Assembly (NCBI GenBank): GCA_964626665.1
Contig: CAZVGK010000007.1
Span: 24,505 to 88,504 of the forward strand
DNA length: 64,000 nucleotides
Direction: 5' to 3'
From: an uncultured Gemmatimonadota bacterium
GTDB taxonomy: Bacteria; SM23-81; DAOVCL01
The first letter of the stretch is position 1, and the number at the start of each line of letters is the position of its first letter. Under the pieces are notes generated by a model, which was not told the DNA's origin, did not search any database, and saw nothing but the letters and a program-made list of their open reading frames with translations. Positions 27,451-36,526 of the stretch are shown piece by piece. A program made the position numbers and the translations under genes.

Positions 27451-27620
27451 TTTTGCAGCTTCTGCTTTGCCTCTTCGTGTGAAATGCCCTTCCCCTCTTG
27501 AACTTCACGTTCACCATGTTCAAACTTGATCTTGATGTACAGCGCATGGATAATGTCATCCATGGTTGCCTCATCTGGCAGAGTATCAATTACCTGTTTG
27601 GCTATGTCTTTAATGGCCAT
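27438..27620 (-). CDS. type II antitoxin (small helical, partner of ParE)
   Basis: 60-aa ORF upstream of, and overlapping, the toxin. Confidence 0.6.
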   Translation of the reverse strand: MAIKDIAKQVIDTLPDEATMDDIIHALYIKIKFEHGEREVQEGKGISHEEAKQKLQKWAK

Positions 27621-27957
27621 TTTATCCCTCCTTGTGGTGAAACCCCAGATATAATACCTAAGTTCCGCATTGCCAGACCCTTTTTAACCATCTAACAACC
27701 ACGCTATAGGGTGCAGTGGAGTAAAGTAAATTCCACAAGATCAGTATCAGTGCTTGGAAAATATTTGACCCTCATTTTCTAATCCTCCTTAAAAGACCTA
27801 TCGAAAAAGGCATTATGTACTGCTTCTCCATCCTCTAACAAGACAACTCTCAGATACTTATCCTCCTCTGATATTTTTGCCAACTTCTTAATCCTTCCAT
27901 CCGATTGGACTTCAGTTTTCGCAGGGTTGCGGAATAGCGATCAGGTGCAGCGATTTC

Positions 27958-28222
27958 TTAGGCCAATTCCCGTAGTAATCTGTCATATTCAGGATGAGTA
28001 CCAATCCAAAACCAGATTAAACCCTCATCTATTTCCACTGCCAGAGTTCGGTGCTTTCTGCCTACTCTGGCCGACCAGTACTTACCAGCTTTCTTGAGAT
28101 GTAAAGTAAGGATGTTTAGGGTTAGTTTTAAGAAGCTTGAAATTCTTATCTGCCAAGTCCTGAACAGATGATGGTAGTTGTTCATAGCAGGTCCAAAATG
28201 ACGGATTAGCAAAGTGTTTCAT
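27958..28222 (-). pseudogene. RelE/HigB-superfamily toxin interrupted by a +1 frameshift in a T-run
   Basis: ATG at 28222 overlaps the antitoxin TGA (ATGA). Frame 1 gives MKHFANPSFWTCYEQLPSSVQDLADKNFKLLKTNPKHPY.. then a stop. The C-terminal toxin core (LHLKKAGKYWSARVGRKHRTLAVEIDEGLIWFWIGTHPEYDRL) is in the +1 frame. Removing one T from cttt near 28100 restores a continuous ~87-aa toxin. Confidence 0.55.
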
Positions 28223-28419
28223 AACTCTTTGCACTTACCAGCCCGAAAGTCCGTTATGGCTTTATTGGCCAATTTCTCAAGCTTTCCTGATTGGACATCT
28301 TCCTCAAACTGGTTATCCCATATTTTTGCCTCAAACTCCTCAAACCATTCCCTCAAAGCCGCTAAGTCATCTTTTGGTAGCTGAGTAATTGCTTTTTCAA
28401 TTTCCTGTACTGTATTCAT
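28219..28419 (-). CDS. antitoxin, putative addiction-module component (TIGR02574-like)
   Basis: GGAGGTGA RBS 7 nt before ATG at 28419. MNTVQEIEKAITQLPKDDLAALREW.. motif. The longer ORF to 28545 is probably a spurious extension. Confidence 0.6.
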   Translation of the reverse strand: MNTVQEIEKAITQLPKDDLAALREWFEEFEAKIWDNQFEEDVQSGKLEKLANKAITDFRAGKCKEL

Positions 28420-28580
28420 CTGTATATCACCTCCTATGGGGCCTAACTTAACTTTTAAGCCGTATAAATCGCCAAAAAATACTTGATATAGCGTATATCT
28501 GTAAAAATTGTAGCCTAATCCCAAATTTTCTTTTATCTCTTCCAAGAAATTCTTATGTTATTACTAAATCATCGAGAATG

Positions 28581-28711
28581 CCCCGCAGCTTGCTGCGGGG
28601 ATGAATCGTGAGGTGGAGGGGTAAGCAGCGTCTTTAGGCGCTGCAAAGCAAATTCGAGTGACAAAGGTGCGAGAATTTGCATCACAGATACCCCGCAGCT
28701 CTGCTGCGGGG
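28581..28711. repeat. two 20-bp palindromic direct repeats (ccccgcagcttgctgcgggg 28581-28600; ccccgcagctctgctgcgggg 28691-28711) bracketing ~90 nt that contains a further hairpin gcagcgtctttaggcgctgc
   Basis: Read directly. The only ORF over it is an unlikely 81-aa reading frame. Confidence 0.6.
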
Positions 28712-28864
28712 AGATTCATTCCCTGCATGTTTCTGCATTTTTTCAATATACTAATTTCCCTTGGATGTGACAAGGATAAAATATGGGTAACCTGACTTAG
28801 AACTCCCAAAGACTATGCCATAGGGTGACGACAATAATACCCGTCAATGGCTCCTACACCCGGA

Positions 28865-29025
28865 TTATTCATAAATTTTAGCCACGAAGACACCAAGCAT
28901 GTCCTGAGCGAAGTTGAAGGATCACTAAAAATATAAAACATAAGAGAGTCGACCTGTTTAGTTTGTGCACTTTTCTTGTAACCTATATTTTATCAACACT
29001 TTAGGGCTTAGTGTCTTTGTGGCAT
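28865..29025. mobile_element. MITE-like ~160-bp element with terminal inverted repeats gccacgaagacaccaagc / gcttagtgtctttgtggc
   Basis: Inverted repeats at 28872-28889 and 28998-29020. The AT-rich interior has no ORF. A solo end copy lies at 337-380. Confidence 0.55.
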
Positions 29026-29108
29026 ATGAATCATTCAGGCTAATAGAAAATGCAGCCGAACGATCAGTTTTCTGAAGCCTTGAAGACGAAGGTTCTATCT
29101 GGGATGGA

Positions 29109-29816
29109 TTAAGATTTCTTTATTTTAGCCATATAATCCTCCACCTTCCTCCTTAGTGCATCCTCCGGGGAGAGCCCCAAAATCCGTGCCAGGCTCACCA
29201 AGGAGAAGAGCAAAGCACCCAAACTCCCCTCCTCCGCATCGACATCTCCCCTCCGAACAACCTCCCTTAATTCGGACAACTTTCCCTCAACTTCCTTATA
29301 TAACCCTTCAGTTTTGCCTTGGTCGGCCTTTACCCTGGAAAGCTTCTCCTGCACCCTGAAGGCTTTAAGAAGGGCAGGGAGGCTCTTGGGGACGCCGTCC
29401 AGAATTGTCCCTTCCCTTTCCTCTCCCTTTATCTTCTCCCAATTTTTCAAAACCTCCTGAGAGTTTCTCACCTTTACCTGACCGAAGACATGGGGATGTC
29501 TTCTGATCAGCTTCTTCACTATCCCATCAATTACCTCATAGATATCGAACTTCCCTTCCTCCCTGGCCATCTGGGAGTGAAAGACGATCTGCAGCAGGAG
29601 ATCCCCCAACTCCTCCTTAAACTTCTCATCATCCCCGGAATCAATGGTCTCTAAGACCTCATAGGTCTCCTCCAAAAGGTATGGTCTGATGCTTTGATGG
29701 GTTTGCTCTCTGTCCCAGGGGCATCCCCCAGGGCCCCTGAGTGTGGCCATTAATTCCACTAATTGGGTAAATTTACCCTCTTCCTCCAAGTTCCCTCCTC
29801 TATAACAGTTCACCAC
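29109..29816 (-). CDS. mazG: nucleoside triphosphate pyrophosphohydrolase MazG
   Basis: LVELMATLRGPGGCPWDREQTHQSIRPYLLEETYEV is the canonical MazG N-terminal motif. Confidence 0.85.
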   Translation of the reverse strand: MVNCYRGGNLEEEGKFTQLVELMATLRGPGGCPWDREQTHQSIRPYLLEETYEVLETIDSGDDEKFKEELGDLLLQIVFHSQMAREEGKFDIYEVIDGIVKKLIRRHPHVFGQVKVRNSQEVLKNWEKIKGEEREGTILDGVPKSLPALLKAFRVQEKLSRVKADQGKTEGLYKEVEGKLSELREVVRRGDVDAEEGSLGALLFSLVSLARILGLSPEDALRRKVEDYMAKIKKS

Positions 29817-29824
29817 GGAATCTC

Positions 29825-30250
29825 ACGGAGAAAGCAATTAAAATTGAGAATTAAACCTTCCTGCCATCAGGAGAGGACTTCTGATGAGGGGATGAAAATA
29901 GGAATTGGAAAATGGAAATTCCCTGAACTGGTAGGTCCCTCATCTAGCGGCTCTGAGGAATCCTTCTACCGCACTTTAGTGCAGGGTCCGTTTCCGTCAG
30001 GGCAGGAGCCCAGACGGCACACCCTCAGCTAAAGCCGGGTAGAAAGGGTTCTGCCACCTCAATCCATTTTCGGTGCCTGATGTTATGAATAATATGTGTT
30101 GTTTATCCTGTCTAAAAACGTAATTTCCTATAAGGTAGGGCAGTTGACGAATTGCTCCTACAACCTATGCAGGCCAATATATCTATTTGAGGCTTCAGAG
30201 GCAAGGGCAAAAAGGGCTTGATTTAGAGGATGTAATTTAATATATAAAGG
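29825..30250. repeat. intergenic hairpin cluster (gagattccgtggtgaac; aaaataggaa IR-family fragment; 20-mer variant 29966-29985; gctaaagccgggtagaa; ggttctgccacctc)
   Basis: Matches other arrays. Confidence 0.7.
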
Positions 30251-30253
30251 GAG

Positions 30254-32149
30254 ATGAGTAAGGATTATCGCTCCTGGGCCCAGATTGACCTCAAAGCTCT
30301 GGCCGAGAACATAGCGCAGATCAGATCCTTAGTGGGGCCAAATGTGAGGTTGCTTCAAGTAGTCAAGGCCGACGGCTATGGTCATGGGGCCTTGCAGGTG
30401 GCCAAGGTGGCCCTCTCCAATGGTGCCTATGGGTTAGGGGTGGCAAACGCCGAGGAGGGGATAACCTTAAGGCTGGGGGGTATAGAGGCTCCCATACTCA
30501 TCCTCAGCCCTTCCCTACCTGCTGAGGTCACTGAGATAGTAGAATATGGTCTCTCCCCTACCCTCTCCGACGACACCATTCTTTTTCTCCTCTCCCAAGA
30601 GGCCCTGAAGGCGGGTAGGGAGGTTATCGTCCATATTGAGGTGGATACCGGCATGGGCAGATCGGGCATCAGGCCTGAGGAGACAGGGGGATTGGCCAGG
30701 GAAATCCTCTCCCAGAATGGTCTAAAGCTGGGAGGCATCTTCTCCCATTTTGCCTCTGCTGACTTAGTGGATAGGGACTTCTGCTGGCTTCAGTTAGAAA
30801 GGTTTAGGGCGGTAATCGCCGAACTAAAGAGGGAGGGGATAAATTTTCCCTTAAAACATATAGCTAATAGTGCGGCCACCCTGGAGTTCCCCGATGCTTA
30901 CTTCGATCTGGTCAGGCCTGGGCTTCTCAGTTATGGCCTCTACCCATCTGAGAGGGTTAAAAAGAGAATAAAAGTTAAACCAGTCCTCAGCTTCAAGACC
31001 AAAGTAGCCCAGATAAAGGAGATCATTCCCGGTGAGTCGGTTAGCTATGGAAGAACCTGGAAGGCCCAAGCCCCCACTATGGTCGCCGTTATCCCCGTAG
31101 GATATGGGGATGGATACGATTTCCTCCTCTCCAATAATGGGGAGGTTCTGGTCAAAGGGAAAAGAGCTCCCATAGTGGGAAGGGTGACCATGGATCTGAC
31201 TATGGTGGATATAACTGGTATCCCTGGGGTTAAGATCGGGGACGAGGTGACCATCATCGGGAGGGATGGAGGAGAGGAGATAACTGCGGGGGAGGTGGCC
31301 GAGAGGGTGGGCACCCCGAGCTATGAGGTCCTCTGTCTTATTGGTAAGAGAGCGCCGCGGGTCTATACCCAGGGGGAGAGGGTTGGGGGGGTAAGGCGGG
31401 CTTTAAGGAGGAAGGATGTCTTAGACCAGCTTATCCCCCCTGGGGAGATGGAGGAGATGATCAAGGATTTCCTCCAACTGAGGTTGAATGAGGAGGTGGG
31501 GGAAGCCTTATACCATAGCCTCCTCAAGGCCATCTTTGGCCAGAAGGGGAGAGAGCTCCAGTATCGTCGGGACCTCAGGCATATAATCCGGTTTGCCGAG
31601 GAGGGGGAGGGATACAAGGTCAAAGCGAAGATCGAATATTATAAGATCCTCCGCTCTGACTCCTTCTATGTGGCCTGCGCCAGGGATGAGGCCAGTCTGT
31701 CCCGCTACTTTCAGGATCCCCGCTGTGAGTACAGATGGCTTTTGGAGAGCGGCAAGATAGGGGCCGCTGATTTCCAGGTCAAGGAGGTCAGGGTCGATGG
31801 CCGGAAGCTTGCCCCGCGCGAGGCCAAGCTAACGGAGAGGGGCTACGAGATCTACTTCCAGGAACCCAACCTCGGCCCTAAGCTCAACCAACCGGTAAAG
31901 ATGGAGATTGAGACCCAAACCTGGCAGGCCAAGGAGAACAGGGAACTTCCCATATATATCGTCTATCCCACCAAGGGAATGAAGGTAACCTTTGACTATA
32001 CGGAAACCGGCATTGCCGCCGTTAAAGCCATCAGCTTTTTGGCCGGCAAGGACAGATACCCGCAGAGAAGTACTTCTCAGGGGAAGTCAATTACCCTTTC
32101 CTTGGAGGGTTGGGTCTTCCCCAACAGCGGAATAACCTTTGTCTGGTAA
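30254..32149 (+). CDS. alr: alanine racemase fused to a ~260-aa C-terminal domain of unknown function
   Basis: The N-terminal 370 aa have the PLP-binding motif VVKADGYGHG and the racemase barrel. The ORF then continues a further ~260 aa (RRALRRKDVLDQL...GITFVW) with no stop. Confidence 0.8.
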   Translation: MSKDYRSWAQIDLKALAENIAQIRSLVGPNVRLLQVVKADGYGHGALQVAKVALSNGAYGLGVANAEEGITLRLGGIEAPILILSPSLPAEVTEIVEYGLSPTLSDDTILFLLSQEALKAGREVIVHIEVDTGMGRSGIRPEETGGLAREILSQNGLKLGGIFSHFASADLVDRDFCWLQLERFRAVIAELKREGINFPLKHIANSAATLEFPDAYFDLVRPGLLSYGLYPSERVKKRIKVKPVLSFKTKVAQIKEIIPGESVSYGRTWKAQAPTMVAVIPVGYGDGYDFLLSNNGEVLVKGKRAPIVGRVTMDLTMVDITGIPGVKIGDEVTIIGRDGGEEITAGEVAERVGTPSYEVLCLIGKRAPRVYTQGERVGGVRRALRRKDVLDQLIPPGEMEEMIKDFLQLRLNEEVGEALYHSLLKAIFGQKGRELQYRRDLRHIIRFAEEGEGYKVKAKIEYYKILRSDSFYVACARDEASLSRYFQDPRCEYRWLLESGKIGAADFQVKEVRVDGRKLAPREAKLTERGYEIYFQEPNLGPKLNQPVKMEIETQTWQAKENRELPIYIVYPTKGMKVTFDYTETGIAAVKAISFLAGKDRYPQRSTSQGKSITLSLEGWVFPNSGITFVW

Positions 32150-32156
32150 GGGAAAG

Positions 32157-33575
32157 ATGAAAGCCTATGTAAATGGAAGATGGATAGAGGGAGGGGGAAG
32201 CTTCCCGGTCCACAATCCCTATAACAACCAACAGATAGGATCTGCCCCTCTGCTCTCCCCTCAAGATGTGAGGGAAGCGGTACACGGAGCTAAAGAGGGC
32301 TTGGCCCAGATGGATTCCCTCTCCGCGTACCAACGTTACCAGATACTCCAGAGGGCGGCCTTAGGGTTAGAGGAGGCCACAGAGAAGTTCGCCCACCTCC
32401 TCTCCCTGGAGGTGGGTAAAACTATCAGGGAGGCCAGAGGGGAGGTCTCCCGGGCAATCTAGACACTTACCCTCTCTGCAGAGGAGGCCAAGAGGATTGG
32501 GGGGGAGGTGGTTCCCTTCGGCTCTGCCCCCGGTTCCGGGGAGAGGATTGGCTTCTACCTCAGGGTTCCCATTGGGGTTGTTGCGGCCATTACCCCTTTC
32601 AACTTTCCCCTTAACCTGGCTTTACACAAGGTGGCCCCGGCTTTGGCTGCCGGCAATAGCGTCATCCTCAAGCCCGCCTCGGCCACACCCCTCACCAGTG
32701 AGCTCCTCTGCCAGCTTCTCTTAGATGCTGGCCTCCCTTCCAGGGCGATTAGCCTGGTCACCGGAAAGAGGGAGGAGGTGGGGGAAGCCTTGGTCAGGGA
32801 TGAAGGGGTAAGGATGATTACCTTCACCGGATCTCTGGAGGTAGGGAAGAGGATAATGGGGGGATTGGGCTTGAAGAAGGCCACTATGGAGTTGGGTTCC
32901 AACTCTGCGGTAATCGTGGAACGGGATGCCCTCCTCTCAGAGGCCCTCCCCCGGATAAGGGATGGGGCCTTTGCCCTTGCCGGACAGGTCTGCATCTCGG
33001 TGCAGCGGGTCTATGTGCAGGAGGGGATATACGATGAATTCTTAAGTGGCTTTATCCCCTTAGCCCAAGAGCTAAAATCGGGAGATCCCTTAGATGAGAC
33101 AACCGATATGGGGCCGATGATCTCTCCCCAGGCCGCGCAGCGGGCCAGGGAATGGGTGGAGGAGGCCATGGAAAGGGGAGGGAAGCTCCTTTGCGGTGGG
33201 GAGATAGAGGGGAGTTTTATGCAGCCCACCGTGCTGGCCCAAGTCTCCCGGGACTGTCGGGTTTGCTCCCAGGAGGCTTTTGCCCCTCTGGTGGTGGTCA
33301 ATCCCTATACCGAGCTTGATGAGGCCATTGAAGAGGTAAACAATTCCATATATGGCCTGCAGGCAGGGATATATACACAGGATCTCGATCGGGCCCTCAA
33401 AGCAGCACGCAAAATAGAGGTGGGAGGGGTAATCATAAATGACATCCCCACTTTCCGGGTTGATCTTATGCCCTATGGTGGGGTAAAAGGAAGCGGCTTA
33501 GGCCGGGAGGGACCTAAATATGCAAGGGAAGAATTCACCCAGCCAAAACTTGTCTCCATCAAGCTCCATAAGTAG
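32157..33575 (+). pseudogene. NAD(P)-dependent aldehyde dehydrogenase interrupted by one in-frame TAG (32460-32462). It may be a pseudogene, a sequencing error or stop-codon readthrough.
   Basis: ORFs 32139-32462 and 32508-33575 are in the same frame, separated only by a TAG at the ALDH position ..EVSRAI*TLTLSAEEA. The rest is intact (catalytic-Cys region CISVQRV present; length ~472 aa). Confidence 0.7.
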
Positions 33576-34734
33576 GGTTCTGGTCATCGTCTTAGATGGA
33601 GTGGGGGTGGGAGAGCTACCCGATGCAGGGGAGTACGGGGATAAGGGCTCAAATACCTTAGGCAACCTGGCCCGAGCCGTGGGTGGGCTGAATCTGCCCA
33701 ACCTGGAGCTTATGGGCCTGGGGAACATCATCCAGATAGAGGGGGTGGCACCTCAACAATCCCCCCAGGCGAACTTCGGTAAACTCCGGGAGAGAGCCCC
33801 GGGGAAGGATTCCACCTCCGGCCACTGGGAGCTGATGGGATTAACCCTAAAGAGGCCTCTTCCCACTTATCCCCATGGCTTTCCCCCTGAGCTAATTGCT
33901 AAGTTTGAGTCGAGGATTGGAAGGAAAATCTTAGGAAACTATCCCGCCTCCGGAACCCAGATCATCCAAGAGTTAGGGGAGGAACACCAGCGGAAGGGAT
34001 GGCCCATCGTCTATACATCTGCGGATAGCGTCTTCCAGGTTGCCGCCCATGAGGAGATCATCCCCCCGGAGGAGCTATACCAAATCTGCTTACAGGCCAG
34101 GGAGATCCTCACCGGCGAAAATGAAGTGGGGAGGGTGATCGCCCGTCCCTTTTTGGGCCAACCCGGCTCCTACTTTAGGACGGAGCGGAGGAGGGATTTT
34201 TCCCTACCCCCCCCGGGGGATACAGTCCTCAACCTATTGAAGAGAAATGGCTATCCGGTGGTAGGAATAGGCAAGATCCCCGACCTCTTTGCCGGGAAGG
34301 GGTTTACCAAGACCGTAAAGGCCAAGAGAAACCAAGAGAATATGGCCAGGGTCCTGGAGACCTGCCGCCGGGTAGAAAGGGGCTTTATATTCACCAACCT
34401 GGTGGACTTCGATATGCTCTGGGGACATAGAAACAACCCTCAGGGATTTGCCCAGGGATTGGAGGAATTTGATAACTGGCTGCCCCATCTCTTAGAGATT
34501 CTCACACCCTCCGATCTTCTCCTCATCACCGCAGACCACGGCTGCGATCCTACCACCCCCAGCACCGACCACTCCCGGGAATATGTGCTCGTCTTAACTT
34601 GGGGTAAGGGGATAAGATCTGGGGTGGACTTAGGAACAAGGGATACCTTTGCCGACCTGGGAGCGACCATATCCCAGGCCCTGGGGATCAGGGGAACAGG
34701 GGAGGGAAGGAACTTCCTGGGGGAGATAGTTTGA
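33520..34734 (+). CDS. deoB: phosphopentomutase
   Basis: VLVIVLDGVGVGE metal-binding N-terminus, ~400 aa. The true start may be the TTG at 33550. Overlaps the ALDH end. Confidence 0.8.
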   Translation: MQGKNSPSQNLSPSSSISRVLVIVLDGVGVGELPDAGEYGDKGSNTLGNLARAVGGLNLPNLELMGLGNIIQIEGVAPQQSPQANFGKLRERAPGKDSTSGHWELMGLTLKRPLPTYPHGFPPELIAKFESRIGRKILGNYPASGTQIIQELGEEHQRKGWPIVYTSADSVFQVAAHEEIIPPEELYQICLQAREILTGENEVGRVIARPFLGQPGSYFRTERRRDFSLPPPGDTVLNLLKRNGYPVVGIGKIPDLFAGKGFTKTVKAKRNQENMARVLETCRRVERGFIFTNLVDFDMLWGHRNNPQGFAQGLEEFDNWLPHLLEILTPSDLLLITADHGCDPTTPSTDHSREYVLVLTWGKGIRSGVDLGTRDTFADLGATISQALGIRGTGEGRNFLGEIV

Positions 34735-34739
34735 CAAGA

Positions 34740-35000
34740 ATTACCATTTTGGACAGGATGAACAGGATAAATGAAAATCGTCCACCCACGCTCTCCTTGT
34801 ATGGGTTACATCTAAGCGAGTTAGGATGTAGGAGGCATCTCCTGATGCCGATCAAAAGTGTGCTGTCAGGAGTTGCCTCTTCTGCCTGGAATCCCGTCGG
34901 AACGGGGCTGACAGCTCTTGCAATAGACGGGATGGAGGGGATGAATAAAGATCCTGTAAATCCTGTTATCCCGTCAGAAAAGTCCCGCCGCAGAGCGTTA
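34740..35000. repeat. intergenic hairpin cluster (ggaggcatctcctgatgcc 34836-34856 + half of gctgtcaggag hairpin 34859-34875, same composite as 17194-17250)
   Basis: Direct match. Confidence 0.75.
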
Positions 35001-35005
35001 AGTTT

Positions 35006-35398
35006 ATGTCTCGAAAATTTGAAGAGCTAATAGAAAGGGCAAGCCAGGCCCAGAGCAAAGCCTATGCTCCCTACTCCGGGTTCAAGGTAGGAGCGGCTAT
35101 CCTCACCGAGGATGGCGAGATCTACAGTGGCTGCAATGTAGAGAACTCCTCCTATGGGCTAACCATCTGTGCGGAGAGAGTGGCCCTCTTCAAGGCAGTC
35201 TCCGCGGGTAAACAGAAGTTTAAGCAATTGGCTATCTTCTCCGATAGGCTGGCCTACCCCTGTGGGGCTTGCCTCCAGGCCTTGGCCGAGTTCTCCCCGG
35301 GGATGGAGGTCTGCTTAGCCAGCAGCCAGGGGGAGCTAAAGAGGTTCAATCTTAAGGATCTTCTTCCCCAACCGTTTAGAATGAACAATAACCAATGA
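35006..35398 (+). CDS. cdd: cytidine deaminase
   Basis: C..AE......CAERVALF.. zinc-binding motifs. 130 aa. Confidence 0.85.
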   Translation: MSRKFEELIERASQAQSKAYAPYSGFKVGAAILTEDGEIYSGCNVENSSYGLTICAERVALFKAVSAGKQKFKQLAIFSDRLAYPCGACLQALAEFSPGMEVCLASSQGELKRFNLKDLLPQPFRMNNNQ

Positions 35399-35399
35399 T

Positions 35400-36520
35400 C
35401 AATTAGCAATGCAAATGACACCCCTCCCCCCTTCCGTGAAAGAATAGTCTCCTTAATTTGTGTTGATGATAGCGGGGGCTACAACTAAGCAATCAAGGGG
35501 CTTTGGCTAGCATGTTGATCCTAAAAATGTGCTGTCAGGAGGCAACTCTTGACAGCACTTAAGGGAAACCTCTTCCACAAAATCCCCGAGCGGTCAGATC
35601 TCACATCTAAGCCATCAGAATCCCGATTCTGGCAGTGAAGATGGTAGAAAGAAACAGGGAACCGCAGATTTACGCGGATATGCGCTGGTAGGGCTCTGCC
35701 CTACCAGGCAAGGATTCCACCGCACTTTATTGCGGGTCCTTCTATGGAGCTAAAGCCCCATAACCCCAGCTAAAGCTGGGTAGAATGGAGAAAATAGGAA
35801 GTGTCCCTATTTTCTATTTAGTGTCTGTCCGGGAATCCAGTTTTGAGGGAGATGTCATTGCGAGGAGTGAGGGACGAACGACGAAGCAATCCCTTTATTT
35901 CCAGGAGATTGCTTCGCTCCTTTCAGTCGCTCGCAATGACGGAAATATTTCAATTTTGGTAGTTTTCGGACAGACACTATTTAGATATCCGAGCGTATTT
36001 CCCAGACTCTGAATCTGTGAATAGGGCTTTACGTTGTTTAATTCCACTGCTGCCCAAAAAACATAGAGCAAAGGATAAGAAAGCCTAACAAGGCGCTGCA
36101 CCTGACCGCCAACAGCGTGGCAGTTTTCTAAAGTTTTGTGCCCTATCAAAGTTTAGTGTTTTTTTTTCAAAGTTTGTGCTCCAAATTTTCAAACCACTAT
36201 TCAGTCTGAGGCGACACGGTATGCTTTGCGAATGAAGGGGTAAACTCTCCCCAATCATATGCTTCGGATTTCGAAATTGAACCTTAGCTGGTTTCATAAG
36301 GCAACATCTTAAAATTTGTGCCAAGTTTTAGGGTCAAAAAATAGACTCTACTGATTTGAAATCCTCCTGAGCGGTCAGATGCCCTTGGCTGACCACAGGA
36401 TGGAGAGGTGGCAGAATCGGGGTTCTGTCACCTCAAGCAAAATTTGTGTCAAGTTTTGCAGCTACCGATTTTCCCCGTCACTCAATCCTCGATTTGCTTA
36501 ATATCAGGTGCCTCCCTTCG
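35400..36520. repeat. 1.1-kb non-coding region of stacked repeats: gtgctgtcaggaggcaactcttgacagcac 35529-35558; cagaatcccgattctg; 20-mer variant 35717-35736; cccagctaaagctgggtagaa 35763-35785; MITE-like element with GTGTCTGTCCGG terminal IRs ~35822-35975; four copies of AAARTTTGTGYCAAGTTT 36130-36470; three-hairpin composite 36368-36434
   Basis: Read directly. ORF 35785-36012 lies wholly within the IR element and is considered spurious. Confidence 0.8.
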
Positions 36521-36526
36521 CTTTTT

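Noticed and set aside
28581-28711. Mini-CRISPR array
   Set aside because: There are only two repeats, the ~90-nt spacer is far longer than CRISPR spacers, and there are no cas genes.
35785-36012. 75-aa ORF
   Set aside because: Lies entirely within an inverted-repeat (GTGTCTGTCCGG-ended) MITE-like element.
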